Assembly: GCA_018060845.1 (NCBI GenBank)
Contig: JAGOVG010000001.1
Span: forward strand, 15,222 to 79,221
Direction: 5' to 3'
Length of the DNA: 64,000 nucleotides
Origin: Candidatus Woesebacteria bacterium
GTDB taxonomy: Bacteria > Patescibacteriota > Microgenomatia > UBA1400 > UBA12108
Position numbers and translations under genes: made by a program. This document shows, in pieces, positions 19,746 to 28,955 of the stretch; position 1 is the first letter of the stretch, and each line of letters opens with the position of its first letter. The notes under the pieces were generated by a model. That model was not told the origin of the DNA. It did not search any database and worked only from the letters and a program-made list of their open reading frames with translations.

Positions 19746-20204
19746 CTAGACTTTCCTGATCTTTTCGGCGTACTTAAGCCTCTCGACAGGGTCTGCAAGT
19801 TGTTTATCATGCATGTTTTGGTGGAGATCATCATGGTCGTAGCGAGGAAAGATGTGGAGATGATAATGGAAAGCGTGTTGGCCCCCAGCTGGCTCGTTGT
19901 TTTGTAGAAGTGTTATCCCATCACAGCCATACGCTTTTTTCATGGTAATCGAGATTTTTTTGGCAATCGCCAAAATGCGTGAGGCAACGTCAGTGGGTAG
20001 GTCGTAGATATTTTCATAATGTTCGTTTGGGACAACAATTACGTGTCCAGGATTATTTTTGATCCAAAAGGAATTGATAAAGGCGGTCACTGTCTCGTCG
20101 ATATAGACAATATCTTGGAGCCTGAGCAGTGTCCCATCACTCTCTACCCCGTTTACTCCTAGGCAGATGGGACAGGCGTAATCTGTGTCGGCGTGGTTGT
20201 GCAT
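19746..20204 (-). CDS. HIT-family (histidine triad) hydrolase
   Basis: HYHLHIFPR triad; N-terminal CPIC zinc motif. Confidence 0.85.
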   Translation of the reverse strand: MHNHADTDYACPICLGVNGVESDGTLLRLQDIVYIDETVTAFINSFWIKNNPGHVIVVPNEHYENIYDLPTDVASRILAIAKKISITMKKAYGCDGITLLQNNEPAGGQHAFHYHLHIFPRYDHDDLHQNMHDKQLADPVERLKYAEKIRKV

Positions 20205-20208
20205 AAGA
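20166..20208. repeat. Direct repeat A, the native 5' end/start region of the HIT gene
   Basis: gatgggacaggcgtaatctgtgtcggcgtggttgtgcataaga. It recurs at 22781-22823 (about 87% identity) and as a partial copy at 21261-21304. Confidence 0.7.
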
Positions 20209-20212
20209 ATAT

Positions 20213-20518
20213 TTACCGTCCGATAATTGGCTCACCGATATATCCACCTCTAATATCTGTCTGAAATAACCATCCAATAATACCAAATGCTTCGGATGGA
20301 AATGTAGAATGAAATTCTTTGCCGTTAATAAGCCCGTTCAGGACCATGCCTGTTAGAACAAGCACCTTCTCATCTATATAAACAACTACTTCTTGTCCAG
20401 GTAGCGCTTCGATTATATCGTTGAGCTTAATAACTCCATGAGAAACCATTCCGCGGAGATCCCCCGAGCGATCAAACCTATATTCCGCAACAGACAAACT
20501 TGTTCCTCTTATAGACAT
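20213..20518 (-). CDS. Hypothetical protein (in cassette 1)
   Basis: ORF only. Confidence 0.35.
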   Translation of the reverse strand: MSIRGTSLSVAEYRFDRSGDLRGMVSHGVIKLNDIIEALPGQEVVVYIDEKVLVLTGMVLNGLINGKEFHSTFPSEAFGIIGWLFQTDIRGGYIGEPIIGR

Positions 20519-20576
20519 GTTGAAGATTATATACCTGACAGACTAAGGTGTGTTTAACTGGCTTAACACTTAATTA

Positions 20577-21196
20577 TCATTTTATTCCGATAGCAATTGC
20601 TCTGAGTAGAGGTTCCTCGTACCAATCATCATCTGCCTTACTAGGCCACCATAAGAGTAGTTCGTCGTCGAATAATATCCCTGAACGCGATGCAGCCGTT
20701 CTTATTTGATCAAATGTTGTATGTGTGTATTTTTGGTTTGGGGGTGTTTTTTCATTAGGTCCAACAATACTTGGAATCGCGTTAAATACACACATAATTA
20801 TTCCAGGTGAACGTAAAACCCGACTACAGCTCGAGAAGAAAGTTCCCTTATTGGGTAAATGCTCGAGAACATCTTTAATATGTATTATGTCAAAGCTACT
20901 TACAGAGAGTTGTGAGTCTTCGAGTGTAGAGTAAATTTTAGGGGATGTAGTCATGCGCATAGATGCTGGCGAAGGATCGAGGACTGTTACATGAAAACCT
21001 TCTTCTGAAAGGCCTTGGCATAGATGCCGTTGCCAGAGCCAATATCCAGTAATGAGGGAGACTCTACTGAGAGTATCTGCCCAGCTCTCTCAACCAATGC
21101 GCTTATTACTGCATGATATGTTCCCACTGTTTGTGGTGCTTTTTCGTAGCTATGTAGATTGCCTTTTTCGCTATATTCAATATAACTTGTCATCAC
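20577..21196 (-). pseudogene. Class I SAM methyltransferase split into two ORFs by a frameshift
   Basis: ORF 20987-21196 carries motif I (LDIGSGNGIYA). ORF 20577-20960, in another frame, carries the C-terminal part (DIIHIKDVLEHLP). Confidence 0.6.
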
Positions 21197-21260
21197 GAAA
21201 TTTTAACAATATTATGTCAAAAATCATGTTATAGGACTACGTTAATAGCATTTTGCTGTC

Positions 21261-21304
21261 AATGGCGAGATTGGCGGAATTGGTCTTGGCGTGGTTGTGC
21301 ATAA
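21261..21304. repeat. Direct repeat B, partial copy of the HIT 5' end
   Basis: ttggcgtggttgtgcataa is identical to the core of repeat A. Read on the minus strand it gives a remnant MHNHA... reading frame. Confidence 0.5.
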
Positions 21305-21362
21305 CCTTGTTCGATTATAGCATTTTGTTATAATTAACCGAATAAAATACGTACGTCGTAAA

Positions 21363-21926
21363 TTGTGGTATAAAGAAAGTGATATGAGTAATAAACATAA
21401 GTTAAGCACAAGAGACTACATCTTATATCTCTTAAACAAGATAGAACTTGCCAAAGTTGGAAAGATCAGACTTAACAAACTCGCATTTTTTGTTGAGTTT
21501 GGGTACATATATAAGACTGGTAAACAGTTGTCGGAAACAGAATACGCTGGAATTAACCTAGGTCCTGTTATTAACGACTACCGCAAGATCCTAGCACAGA
21601 TGGAGAAAGATGGTGATGTGAAGATGGAAGGCGATAGGATCGTACCGTTGAAAAATTCGAACTTAATACCAGATGAAGTTAGGGTTGTGATTGATCCGCT
21701 GATTGCACGATTTGACGCTCAGCCAGATCGGCTGCTGGTAAGCATGTCCCATGCCACCGATGCTTACAAAATAACAACTATAGACGAAAAAGTTATGGGC
21801 AAGATAATCGATAAATCACTAGCACCACTTGAGACTGCTTTCTTCGATGAAAAAACTATAGTGGAAGACTTACAAGATCTGCCAAGTATCAATAGAAATA
21901 AGTTGGTTCCGTATGAGTTTGGATGA
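21363..21926 (+). CDS. Panacea-domain (DUF4065/SocA-like) putative antitoxin
   Basis: KIRLNKLAFFVEFGY matches the Panacea domain core (LnKLLYfad). Overlaps the downstream toxin-like gene by 14 nt. Confidence 0.68.
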   Translation: MWYKESDMSNKHKLSTRDYILYLLNKIELAKVGKIRLNKLAFFVEFGYIYKTGKQLSETEYAGINLGPVINDYRKILAQMEKDGDVKMEGDRIVPLKNSNLIPDEVRVVIDPLIARFDAQPDRLLVSMSHATDAYKITTIDEKVMGKIIDKSLAPLETAFFDEKTIVEDLQDLPSINRNKLVPYEFG

Positions 21927-22230
21927 TGCGTATCGAGTCTTAACTGATGACAAGTTTAATAAATGGATCAAGAAAAATTTGCCGACACAGCTGAAGAAAG
22001 TATTAGATAAAAAGATCGCGTATTTAGCATCTAACCCACAACATCCTAGCCTGAATACAAAGAAGTATGGTGTTAGTCAACAAACACTAAAGCAGTCCCA
22101 AGTGGATGAAATCTGGGAGTTTCGTATTAACATGAACTTTAGATGTGTCTATTATGTAGTGCACTCTGAGAAAACAATTATCCTGGCATTTGTGGGCAAC
22201 CACGAAGATGTGAAAGTTCGTTTTGAGTAG
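21913..22230 (+). CDS. RelE/ParE-superfamily-like toxin partnered with the Panacea antitoxin
   Basis: C-terminus EIWEFRINMNFRCVYYVVHSEKTIILAFVGNHEDV follows the RelE/ParE pattern (lwElR...yRiiY.v....i.il.vg.H.d). Confidence 0.6.
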   Translation: MSLDDAYRVLTDDKFNKWIKKNLPTQLKKVLDKKIAYLASNPQHPSLNTKKYGVSQQTLKQSQVDEIWEFRINMNFRCVYYVVHSEKTIILAFVGNHEDVKVRFE

Positions 22231-22249
22231 CTTGTGGTAGTATGCGATT

Positions 22250-22768
22250 ATGCAAAAAATACTAATTACCGGCATGGCAGGATCAGGAAAATCAACTGTA
22301 TGCGTTGAGTTAAAACGCAGGGGCTATAATAGCTATCCGATTGAAGACATAGATGGAATGTTTAATATTTATCATAAAGGTACTCGGACATTTTTTGAAG
22401 GCTATAGCAACCTTAATCCGGATGATATAGAAAATGCTGAATGGCTTTGTAACACCAATAAGTTACTGGAACTCATACGTGCCCAAAAGAGTGAGGTTGG
22501 ATTCTACTGTGGGGTCTCGTCAGACATGAACGAGCTATTTCCTTACTTTGATAAAGTATTAGTTCTTAAAGCTAGCGCAAATACGCTTAACGAGAGATTA
22601 ACGAATAGAGAGGGTACTGACGATATAGGTAATAACCAATCTGGTAGAGATATCATTTTGAAGAGGAAGGAACTCTGGGAAAAACAAATGGAGGAAAAGG
22701 GGGCAATATTTATCGACGCCAACAGTTCATTGGAAAAAGTCGTTGAAGATGTGTTAAGAAATATTTAG
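22250..22768 (+). CDS. Small P-loop NTPase/kinase-like protein
   Basis: Walker A ITGMAGSGKST. Size and layout fit the nucleoside/shikimate/zeta-like kinase fold. Last gene of cassette 2. Confidence 0.55.
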   Translation: MQKILITGMAGSGKSTVCVELKRRGYNSYPIEDIDGMFNIYHKGTRTFFEGYSNLNPDDIENAEWLCNTNKLLELIRAQKSEVGFYCGVSSDMNELFPYFDKVLVLKASANTLNERLTNREGTDDIGNNQSGRDIILKRKELWEKQMEEKGAIFIDANSSLEKVVEDVLRNI

Positions 22769-22780
22769 AAATCCGAGGGA

Positions 22781-22823
22781 GATGGGACAGGTGTAGTCTG
22801 TGTCTGAGTGGTTGTGTATAAGA
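22781..22823. repeat. Direct repeat C, HIT 5' end copy with ATG mutated to ATA
   Basis: gatgggacaggtgtagtctgtgtctgagtggttgtgtataaga. On the minus strand it reads IHNHSDTDYTCPISLG, compared with the native MHNHADTDYACPICLG. Confidence 0.7.
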
Positions 22824-22871
22824 GTTCTGCGGGACTTATAGCTCTGGTAATGGTAAAATTCCTGACTATAT

Positions 22872-23195
22872 ATGGCAGATGTAGAAATTCTTCATAAGTA
22901 CGGGATAGTTATGGGAGACGTTACATACGACCCAATAAACCGCTATGCACACCTCGGCCGGTTAATTGTGAACCCTGTAATCCAAAGACGTAACGGAGTT
23001 GGAACTCTTCTTCATAAAATGTTTGTTCAAGAAGCTCTTACGTGGGGCAATATCGCTATTGTTACTTTTCTTGATCCAGACAAAAAGAGTGACATGGAAT
23101 CGACTCGAATTTTTCTCGAAAAGTTAAAATATACGTTGTTTGAATACCAAGAGAAACAAATTTATCGAAAATTTATTGATTGGTCATCCGAATAA
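22872..23195 (+). CDS. Small GNAT-like N-acetyltransferase
   Basis: Motif A-like RRNGVGTLL. Confidence 0.5.
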   Translation: MADVEILHKYGIVMGDVTYDPINRYAHLGRLIVNPVIQRRNGVGTLLHKMFVQEALTWGNIAIVTFLDPDKKSDMESTRIFLEKLKYTLFEYQEKQIYRKFIDWSSE

Positions 23196-23222
23196 AAAGC
23201 CCCCTTGCGGGGGCTTTTATAC
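23194..23222. terminator. Bidirectional Rho-independent terminator between convergent genes (GNAT and dnaK)
   Basis: AAAAAGCCCCC-ttgc-GGGGGCTTTTAT; perfect 7-bp GC stem flanked by A-tract and T-tract. Confidence 0.75.
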
Positions 23223-23294
23223 TTTAGTAATCCTTATTTCTTATCTCCCCACTTTGTCCCGCACAGACGGGACTTCGTTAGGGGCACGGCCACC

Positions 23295-25211
23295 TTACTT
23301 TTCATCAACTACTTCCCCTTCTTCTGCGCCCTTGTCTCCAGACTTGGGTTTTTGTCCTTCGGTGGACTCAGGACCTGTCTGAGCGGAGTCAGACGCGGCT
23401 GCGGCTTTGTATAGGCGCTCGCCGTATTTAGAGAGAGCGTCGGAAGCTTTTTTGAAGGCTTCATCGATACTTTCGACTGTGGCATCAGCCTTGTCTTTGG
23501 CTTCTTTTAGAGCGCCAACGGCTTCTTCGATCTCTTTCTTTTCGTCCTCGGTGATTTTGTCACCGGCGTCTTTGAGAGTCTTTTCGGTCTGGAAGATGAG
23601 AGAGTCTGCCTCATTCTTCTTTTCGACTAGCTCCTTTTTCTTTTTATCTTCTTCGGCGTGGAGCTCGGCCTCTTTTTTCATGGTCTCGATCTCTTCGTCA
23701 CTAAGGTTAGTGGCGTTTTGGATAGAGATCTTTTGCTCTTTGCCAGTCCCTTTATCTTTGGCACTCACGTGGAGGATACCGGATGCATCGATGTCAAAAG
23801 TGACCTCGATCTGAGGGATCCCACGAGGAGCGGGGGCGATTCCATCTAGGACAAAACGACCCAGACTCTTGTTATCCGCGGCCATCGGGCGCTCACCCTG
23901 CAGGACATTGATCTCGACCTGGGGCTGGTTGTCGCTCGCGGTACTAAATACCTGACTCTTACTGGTTGGGACTGTGGTATTACGCTCAATAAGAGCTGTC
24001 CTGACACTACCCATGGTCTCGATACCGAGAGTCAGAGGAGTGACATCTAGCAAGAGGACATCGTTAACTTCGCCACCTAGGATACCGGCCTGAATGGCGG
24101 CACCTACGGCAACAACCTCGTCGGGATTAACCCCCTTATGAGGTTCGCGACCAAAGAAGTCGGCGACAGCTTTTTGGACAGCTGGCATGCGAGTCTGGCC
24201 ACCTACGAGGACGACTTCGTCGATATCGCTGGCTTTGAGTTTGGCATCGGCTAGACATTTTTTGACTGGCTCGATGGTCTTTTTGATTAGGTCATCAACT
24301 AGTTCTTCTAGTTTGGCGCGGCTAATACTCAGCGTTAGATGTAGTGGTGTGCCATCTTTGCCCTGGGTGATAAAGGGCTGGTTGATCTCGGCGCTACTAC
24401 TACTAGAGAGCTCGATCTTGGCTTTTTCGGCGGCGTCACGGATCCTCTGCAGGGCCTGTTTATCGCCCGATAGGTCGACTCCATTATCTTTTTTGAACTC
24501 GGCCACGATGTAGTCGACGAGTTTGTGGTTAAAGTCGTCACCACCGAGGAAGGTGTCGCCGTTGGTGGCTTTGACCTCAAAGACTCCATCGCCAATTTCG
24601 AGGATACTAATATCAAAGGTTCCACCACCGAGGTCGTAGACCGCGATTTTGCCTGATTTCTTTTTGTCGAGACCGTAGGCTAATGCTGCTGCGGTTGGCT
24701 CGTTGACGATACGCTTTACTTCTAAGCCGGCGATCTTACCTGCTTGCATGGTAGCTTGACGCTGAGAATCGTCAAAGTAGGCTGGGACGGTGATGACAGC
24801 TGAGCTTACTTTGGTACCTAGATAGGCTTCGGCATCGGCTTTGATCTTGCCCAATATCTTGGCACTGATCTCTTGTGGAGTGTAGACTTTGCCATCTACT
24901 TTGACTCCTGCCATATCGTCTTTGCCTGCTGCGACCTCGTAAGGGACCTTTTTGATCGTATCTTTGACCATGGCATCGCTCATTTTGCGACCCATTAGGC
25001 GTTTGACACTATAGATAGTGTTCTTACTATTTAGGACCATTTGGTTTTTGGCGACCTGGCCAACTAAGTTTTTGATCGGCTCGACGATACTGGGGATGGT
25101 GTTTCCACCCTCAGCACTAGGGATTACCTTGGCTTTGCCACCCTCCATGACTGCGATACAACTATTAGTGGTACCTAGGTCGATACCGATTGTTTTTCCT
25201 GTGTTAGTCAT
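23295..25211 (-). CDS. dnaK: Chaperone DnaK (Hsp70)
   Basis: [22 protein letters not shown], full NBD and SBD. Confidence 0.97.
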   Translation of the reverse strand: MTNTGKTIGIDLGTTNSCIAVMEGGKAKVIPSAEGGNTIPSIVEPIKNLVGQVAKNQMVLNSKNTIYSVKRLMGRKMSDAMVKDTIKKVPYEVAAGKDDMAGVKVDGKVYTPQEISAKILGKIKADAEAYLGTKVSSAVITVPAYFDDSQRQATMQAGKIAGLEVKRIVNEPTAAALAYGLDKKKSGKIAVYDLGGGTFDISILEIGDGVFEVKATNGDTFLGGDDFNHKLVDYIVAEFKKDNGVDLSGDKQALQRIRDAAEKAKIELSSSSSAEINQPFITQGKDGTPLHLTLSISRAKLEELVDDLIKKTIEPVKKCLADAKLKASDIDEVVLVGGQTRMPAVQKAVADFFGREPHKGVNPDEVVAVGAAIQAGILGGEVNDVLLLDVTPLTLGIETMGSVRTALIERNTTVPTSKSQVFSTASDNQPQVEINVLQGERPMAADNKSLGRFVLDGIAPAPRGIPQIEVTFDIDASGILHVSAKDKGTGKEQKISIQNATNLSDEEIETMKKEAELHAEEDKKKKELVEKKNEADSLIFQTEKTLKDAGDKITEDEKKEIEEAVGALKEAKDKADATVESIDEAFKKASDALSKYGERLYKAAAASDSAQTGPESTEGQKPKSGDKGAEEGEVVDEK

Positions 25212-25238
25212 ACTTTTGACTCCTTTTTTAACAAATAT

Positions 25239-25715
25239 TTAATTAGACTTTGTAGTTTCGCCATTACCCACTGTGACTCGGGCTGGCCTTAATAGCTTGC
25301 CGTGGAGCAAGTAGCCACGGAGCTGAACACCGATCACCTTATCTTTGTCCCCTGGGACTGTCTCGTGACACTCCATAGTGGCTGGATCATACATACCATC
25401 TACTTTAACTTCGGTTACACCTTCGTCGATTAAGAGCTTGTCAAAAGTAGCGAGGATCATCTTAAGAGAGGTATCGCCTGCCTTGCCGGCAGACAGGCCG
25501 GCTGAGGCAGCCATACCGAGGTGGTCTCTAACTTCGAGCAGTTTACCCAGCAGGTTGCTGTTGGCAAACTTGATGATGCTAGAACTATCACGCTCAAACC
25601 TCTTCTCGAGGTTGCTGTAGTCGGCGAGCGCGCGAGCTAGTTTACCCTTTAGATCGCTTAACTGTTCATCTCTTGGATCTACTGCTTGTGGATCTGGTGT
25701 ATTTTTTTTGGTCAT
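25239..25715 (-). CDS. grpE: Nucleotide exchange factor GrpE
   Basis: Size, coiled-coil N-terminus, conserved C-terminal fold, position between hrcA and dnaK. Confidence 0.88.
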   Translation of the reverse strand: MTKKNTPDPQAVDPRDEQLSDLKGKLARALADYSNLEKRFERDSSSIIKFANSNLLGKLLEVRDHLGMAASAGLSAGKAGDTSLKMILATFDKLLIDEGVTEVKVDGMYDPATMECHETVPGDKDKVIGVQLRGYLLHGKLLRPARVTVGNGETTKSN

Positions 25716-25718
25716 AGT

Positions 25719-26450
25719 TTAACTCCAACTAGCTGCTATTTCGTCTAATAAGCTACTCATGTGTCTGAGCATGGGCATAACGTATGGGTAGTTGAGGCGG
25801 GCGGGACCGAGAACACCAACGTGACCGCGCATCTTGCCGGCGTTCCAGTCTATGTAGGCCATGGCGCAGGGATAGAGATATTCGTTACCAAATTCGTCCC
25901 CTACTACTATATGGAGGGGCTGAGTGTCGATGGTCTTCGCAAAGATACTCTCCATGGCTCGAGAGTCCTCGACGATCGAGAGGACCTGGCGCATGACGTC
26001 GATATCGTAGAACTCGGGGAGACTAAGGAGGTTACTGTAGCCACTACTATAGATGATGCCCTCGCCAGTCGTAGCAAAGCCGATGGTGCCAGTTTTTTCG
26101 GATAGGACGCGAGCTGACTCTTGTAGGAGACGGTCGATCTGAGCGCGGTGGTCCCAGATGCGCTCTTTGACACTAACTTCTTCGGTGACTGGGAGATCGT
26201 TCTCACTCATGAGCTCACTCACGTAGAGCTTGAGGGCGATCGGGGTCGGGACACGACCTGCGCTGGTGTGGGGCTGCTTTAGGTAACCGAGGTCTTCGAG
26301 CCTGACCATTTCGTTTCTTATGGTGGCTGGACTGACTCCGAGATTAAACTTTTTGTCGAGAGTCTCGCTACCCACGGCCTCACCGGTTGAGGTATATTCC
26401 TCAACTATTGCTTTGATGATGCTGATCTGACGTGGACTAAGTGGCTTCAT
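25719..26450 (-). CDS. hrcA: Heat-inducible transcription repressor HrcA (short form)
   Basis: N-terminal wHTH RQISIIKAIVEEYTSTGEAVGSETL, and a CIRCE operator immediately upstream. Confidence 0.88.
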   Translation of the reverse strand: MKPLSPRQISIIKAIVEEYTSTGEAVGSETLDKKFNLGVSPATIRNEMVRLEDLGYLKQPHTSAGRVPTPIALKLYVSELMSENDLPVTEEVSVKERIWDHRAQIDRLLQESARVLSEKTGTIGFATTGEGIIYSSGYSNLLSLPEFYDIDVMRQVLSIVEDSRAMESIFAKTIDTQPLHIVVGDEFGNEYLYPCAMAYIDWNAGKMRGHVGVLGPARLNYPYVMPMLRHMSSLLDEIAASWS

Positions 26451-26472
26451 AGCTAACCTCCGTTTAGAAGTG

Positions 26473-26499
26473 TTAGCACTATGATAGCGAGAGTGCTAG
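26473..26499. promoter_or_regulatory. CIRCE operator (HrcA binding site) overlapping a sigma-70-like promoter of the hrcA-grpE-dnaK operon
   Basis: TTAGCACTa-tgatagcga-GAGTGCTAg versus consensus TTAGCACTC-N9-GAGTGCTAA. On the minus strand TTGACA (plus-strand 26505-26510) then 18 nt then TATCAT (plus-strand 26481-26486) brackets it. Confidence 0.85.
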
Positions 26500-26534
26500 G
26501 TAGTTGTCAATACTCAACGGATCGATTTGCAACC

Positions 26535-27062
26535 CTATCTCCATGTCCTCTCGACGTGAACTGACCTATTTTCGTCGACCCAATTACTGAATTTGTTTAC
26601 ATTAGCTTGAAAACTGTCAGAAATATTTACTTTAAGAGCGCTGAGAATTGTTAATAAACCGATTAGTAGTCCGTTTTTCTCAACTATTTTCATGGCTTCT
26701 ATTGAAGGATTGATCATTACTTTTTTATAGTATTTTGCGTTCCTGTATAAAGGTCGTATCGATCTATGTGAAGTGGTTAAAATGCAACCTATCAACCTCT
26801 GGTCACTAGATTCCACCACTAGCGAAGTCGGGTGACCAAACTCATGAGGTTTCTGTATTACTTTACAAATAGTTGTAGGGAATAGGCTGTCGCCAACTCT
26901 AGCGAGTGCAAACTTTGTTATTGGAAGCTGACCTGAATCTAGGAGCATTGAAAAATAGTCAAAAAAGAACCCTTCGCCTTCTCTACAAGCAGGGTCAGAA
27001 AATGGTCTAGATCTCCACTCTTTCGGGATAATTGATAAATCAAATTTATCTTCCTTGGTCAT
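26535..27062 (-). CDS. Hypothetical protein
   Basis: ORF with ATGA overlap to lepA. No motif recognised. Confidence 0.4.
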   Translation of the reverse strand: MTKEDKFDLSIIPKEWRSRPFSDPACREGEGFFFDYFSMLLDSGQLPITKFALARVGDSLFPTTICKVIQKPHEFGHPTSLVVESSDQRLIGCILTTSHRSIRPLYRNAKYYKKVMINPSIEAMKIVEKNGLLIGLLTILSALKVNISDSFQANVNKFSNWVDENRSVHVERTWR

Positions 27063-28927
27063 ATCTTCAATACTTCAGTAAAGGCGCTCTGCGGAACCTC
27101 GACACGGCCGAGCATTTTCATTTTCTTTTTACCCCGCTTTTGTTTGTCGAGGAGTTTTTTGTTACGTGATACATCACCACCGTGCAGTTTGGCTTCGACA
27201 TCTTTGCGATACGCCCTGATTGTGGCGCGGGCGATAATTTTGCCACCAATTGCTGCCTGGATTGCAATCTCGATCTGGGCTCTGGGGATTACTTCTTTGA
27301 GTTTATCTACTAGTACCCTACCGCGAGCCTCTGCCTGATGACGTGGGGCGATAAAACTGAGCGCTTCGGCAGGCTCAGTATTTAAGAGAATGTCGACTTT
27401 GACAACATCAATCGGCTGATACCCTGCGTGTTCATAACTAACGCTCGCGTATCCAGAACTAACCGACTTGAGGCGGTCATAAAAGTTGGTTATCAGCTCG
27501 GCGAGAGGCATGAGATAGCTCAACCTGACGCGAGAGCTCACGTACTGCATATCGATAAACTCGGCTCTTTTGTTCTGGGTCAGCTCCATGATGCCACCCA
27601 CGTACTGTTCGGGAGTGTAGATAGTCATCTCAACCACTGGTTCCTCGACACTACTGACTAGCTCGGGTCTCGGCCAGTCGGAAGGAGAAGATATTTCAGT
27701 TTTTTCGCCATTATTGAGAGTCATGTGGTAAGGGACAGATGGACTGGTATTAACTACGGAGACCTCAAACTCTCGGGAGAGGCGCTCTGTCACGATCTCG
27801 GCATGGAGGATACCCAAGAACCCGACACGAAAGCCGTGACCAAGGGCGGGAGAGCTAGCGGCGTGATAAGTGAGCGCGGAATCGGATAGAGTTAGTTTGC
27901 CCATGGCATCGACAAAGTCGCGATAGTCGTCGGCATCGATCGGGTAGAGATCCATAAAGACCATAGGTTGTGGTTTTTGATAGCCAGGGACTGGGGTAAT
28001 TTTCGAACCAAAGGTAGTGACGGTGTCACCGATTGTAATCGCCTTAATATCTTTGTGGCCGGTTGCAATAAAACCTACCTCCCCTGCCTTAATTGTTGTG
28101 GCTGATGTCATGAGCGGGGCAAAGTAGCCGATGTCGAGGGGTGAAAACTTTTCTTGGGTCGCATAGAGATAGAGATTGTCTCTATTTCTCTTATTAATCT
28201 CGCCCTCTAAGACTTTGACAAAAGCGATTACGCCCTTGTGGCTGTCAAAAGTACTGTTAAAGATGAAAGCACGCAGATTGGAAACTGGTAAACCTGCCTG
28301 CGCAGGCAGGTCCGTGGAACCGTTAATCCGTGAAGCCGTTTTTGGCGCAGGAATTTTGTGTACTATTTCCTCAAGCAGCGCTGGAACACCCTCGCCACTT
28401 TTGGCTGAGACTCTAAGAATTTCTTCTTTTTTGAAACCTAGGTTATCGATTAGCTCGGCCTCGACCCGATCTGGCTCGGCGGCGGGCATATCAATCTTAT
28501 TAAGCACTGGGATTATGGTCAGCCCTGCAGCTTTGGCTTTGTCGTAGTTGGCTAGGGTTTGCGCCTGGATACCCTTGGTTGCGTCGACCACGAGCACGGC
28601 GCCTTCGCAGGCATAGAGAGCGCGACTTACTTCGTAACTAAAATCAACGTGACCGGGAGTATCTATCAAATTTAACTGGTAAGTTAAATTTGAATTCTCA
28701 AATCCCAAATTCTCAAATTGCTCAAGTTTAGAAGTGTAGTTCATGCGGACGGGCGCGAGCTTGATGGTGATCCCCCGCTCGATCTCGATCGGATTACTAT
28801 CCATGAGCCGAGCTGAACCCCCCATGGCGACAGTCCCGGTCTCCTCGAGCAATCGATCAGTCAAGGTAGTTTTGCCATGATCGATGTGAGCGATGATGCA
28901 AAAATTGCGAATATGAGTGGTGTTCAT
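27059..28927 (-). CDS. lepA: Elongation factor 4 (LepA)
   Basis: IIAHIDHGKTTLTDRLL, DTPGHVDF and the LepA C-terminal domain. The ORF extends to 29023 and would overlap murJ; the likely true start is MNTTHIRNF at about 28927. Confidence 0.9.
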   Translation of the reverse strand: MNTTHIRNFCIIAHIDHGKTTLTDRLLEETGTVAMGGSARLMDSNPIEIERGITIKLAPVRMNYTSKLEQFENLGFENSNLTYQLNLIDTPGHVDFSYEVSRALYACEGAVLVVDATKGIQAQTLANYDKAKAAGLTIIPVLNKIDMPAAEPDRVEAELIDNLGFKKEEILRVSAKSGEGVPALLEEIVHKIPAPKTASRINGSTDLPAQAGLPVSNLRAFIFNSTFDSHKGVIAFVKVLEGEINKRNRDNLYLYATQEKFSPLDIGYFAPLMTSATTIKAGEVGFIATGHKDIKAITIGDTVTTFGSKITPVPGYQKPQPMVFMDLYPIDADDYRDFVDAMGKLTLSDSALTYHAASSPALGHGFRVGFLGILHAEIVTERLSREFEVSVVNTSPSVPYHMTLNNGEKTEISSPSDWPRPELVSSVEEPVVEMTIYTPEQYVGGIMELTQNKRAEFIDMQYVSSRVRLSYLMPLAELITNFYDRLKSVSSGYASVSYEHAGYQPIDVVKVDILLNTEPAEALSFIAPRHQAEARGRVLVDKLKEVIPRAQIEIAIQAAIGGKIIARATIRAYRKDVEAKLHGGDVSRNKKLLDKQKRGKKKMKMLGRVEVPQSAFTEVLKI

Positions 28928-28955
28928 GGAAACTATTATACGGGATAGATCAGGG

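Noticed and set aside
23407-23849. Plus-strand ORFs of 135 and 63 aa inside dnaK
   Set aside because: They are antisense to DnaK; DnaK identity is unambiguous.
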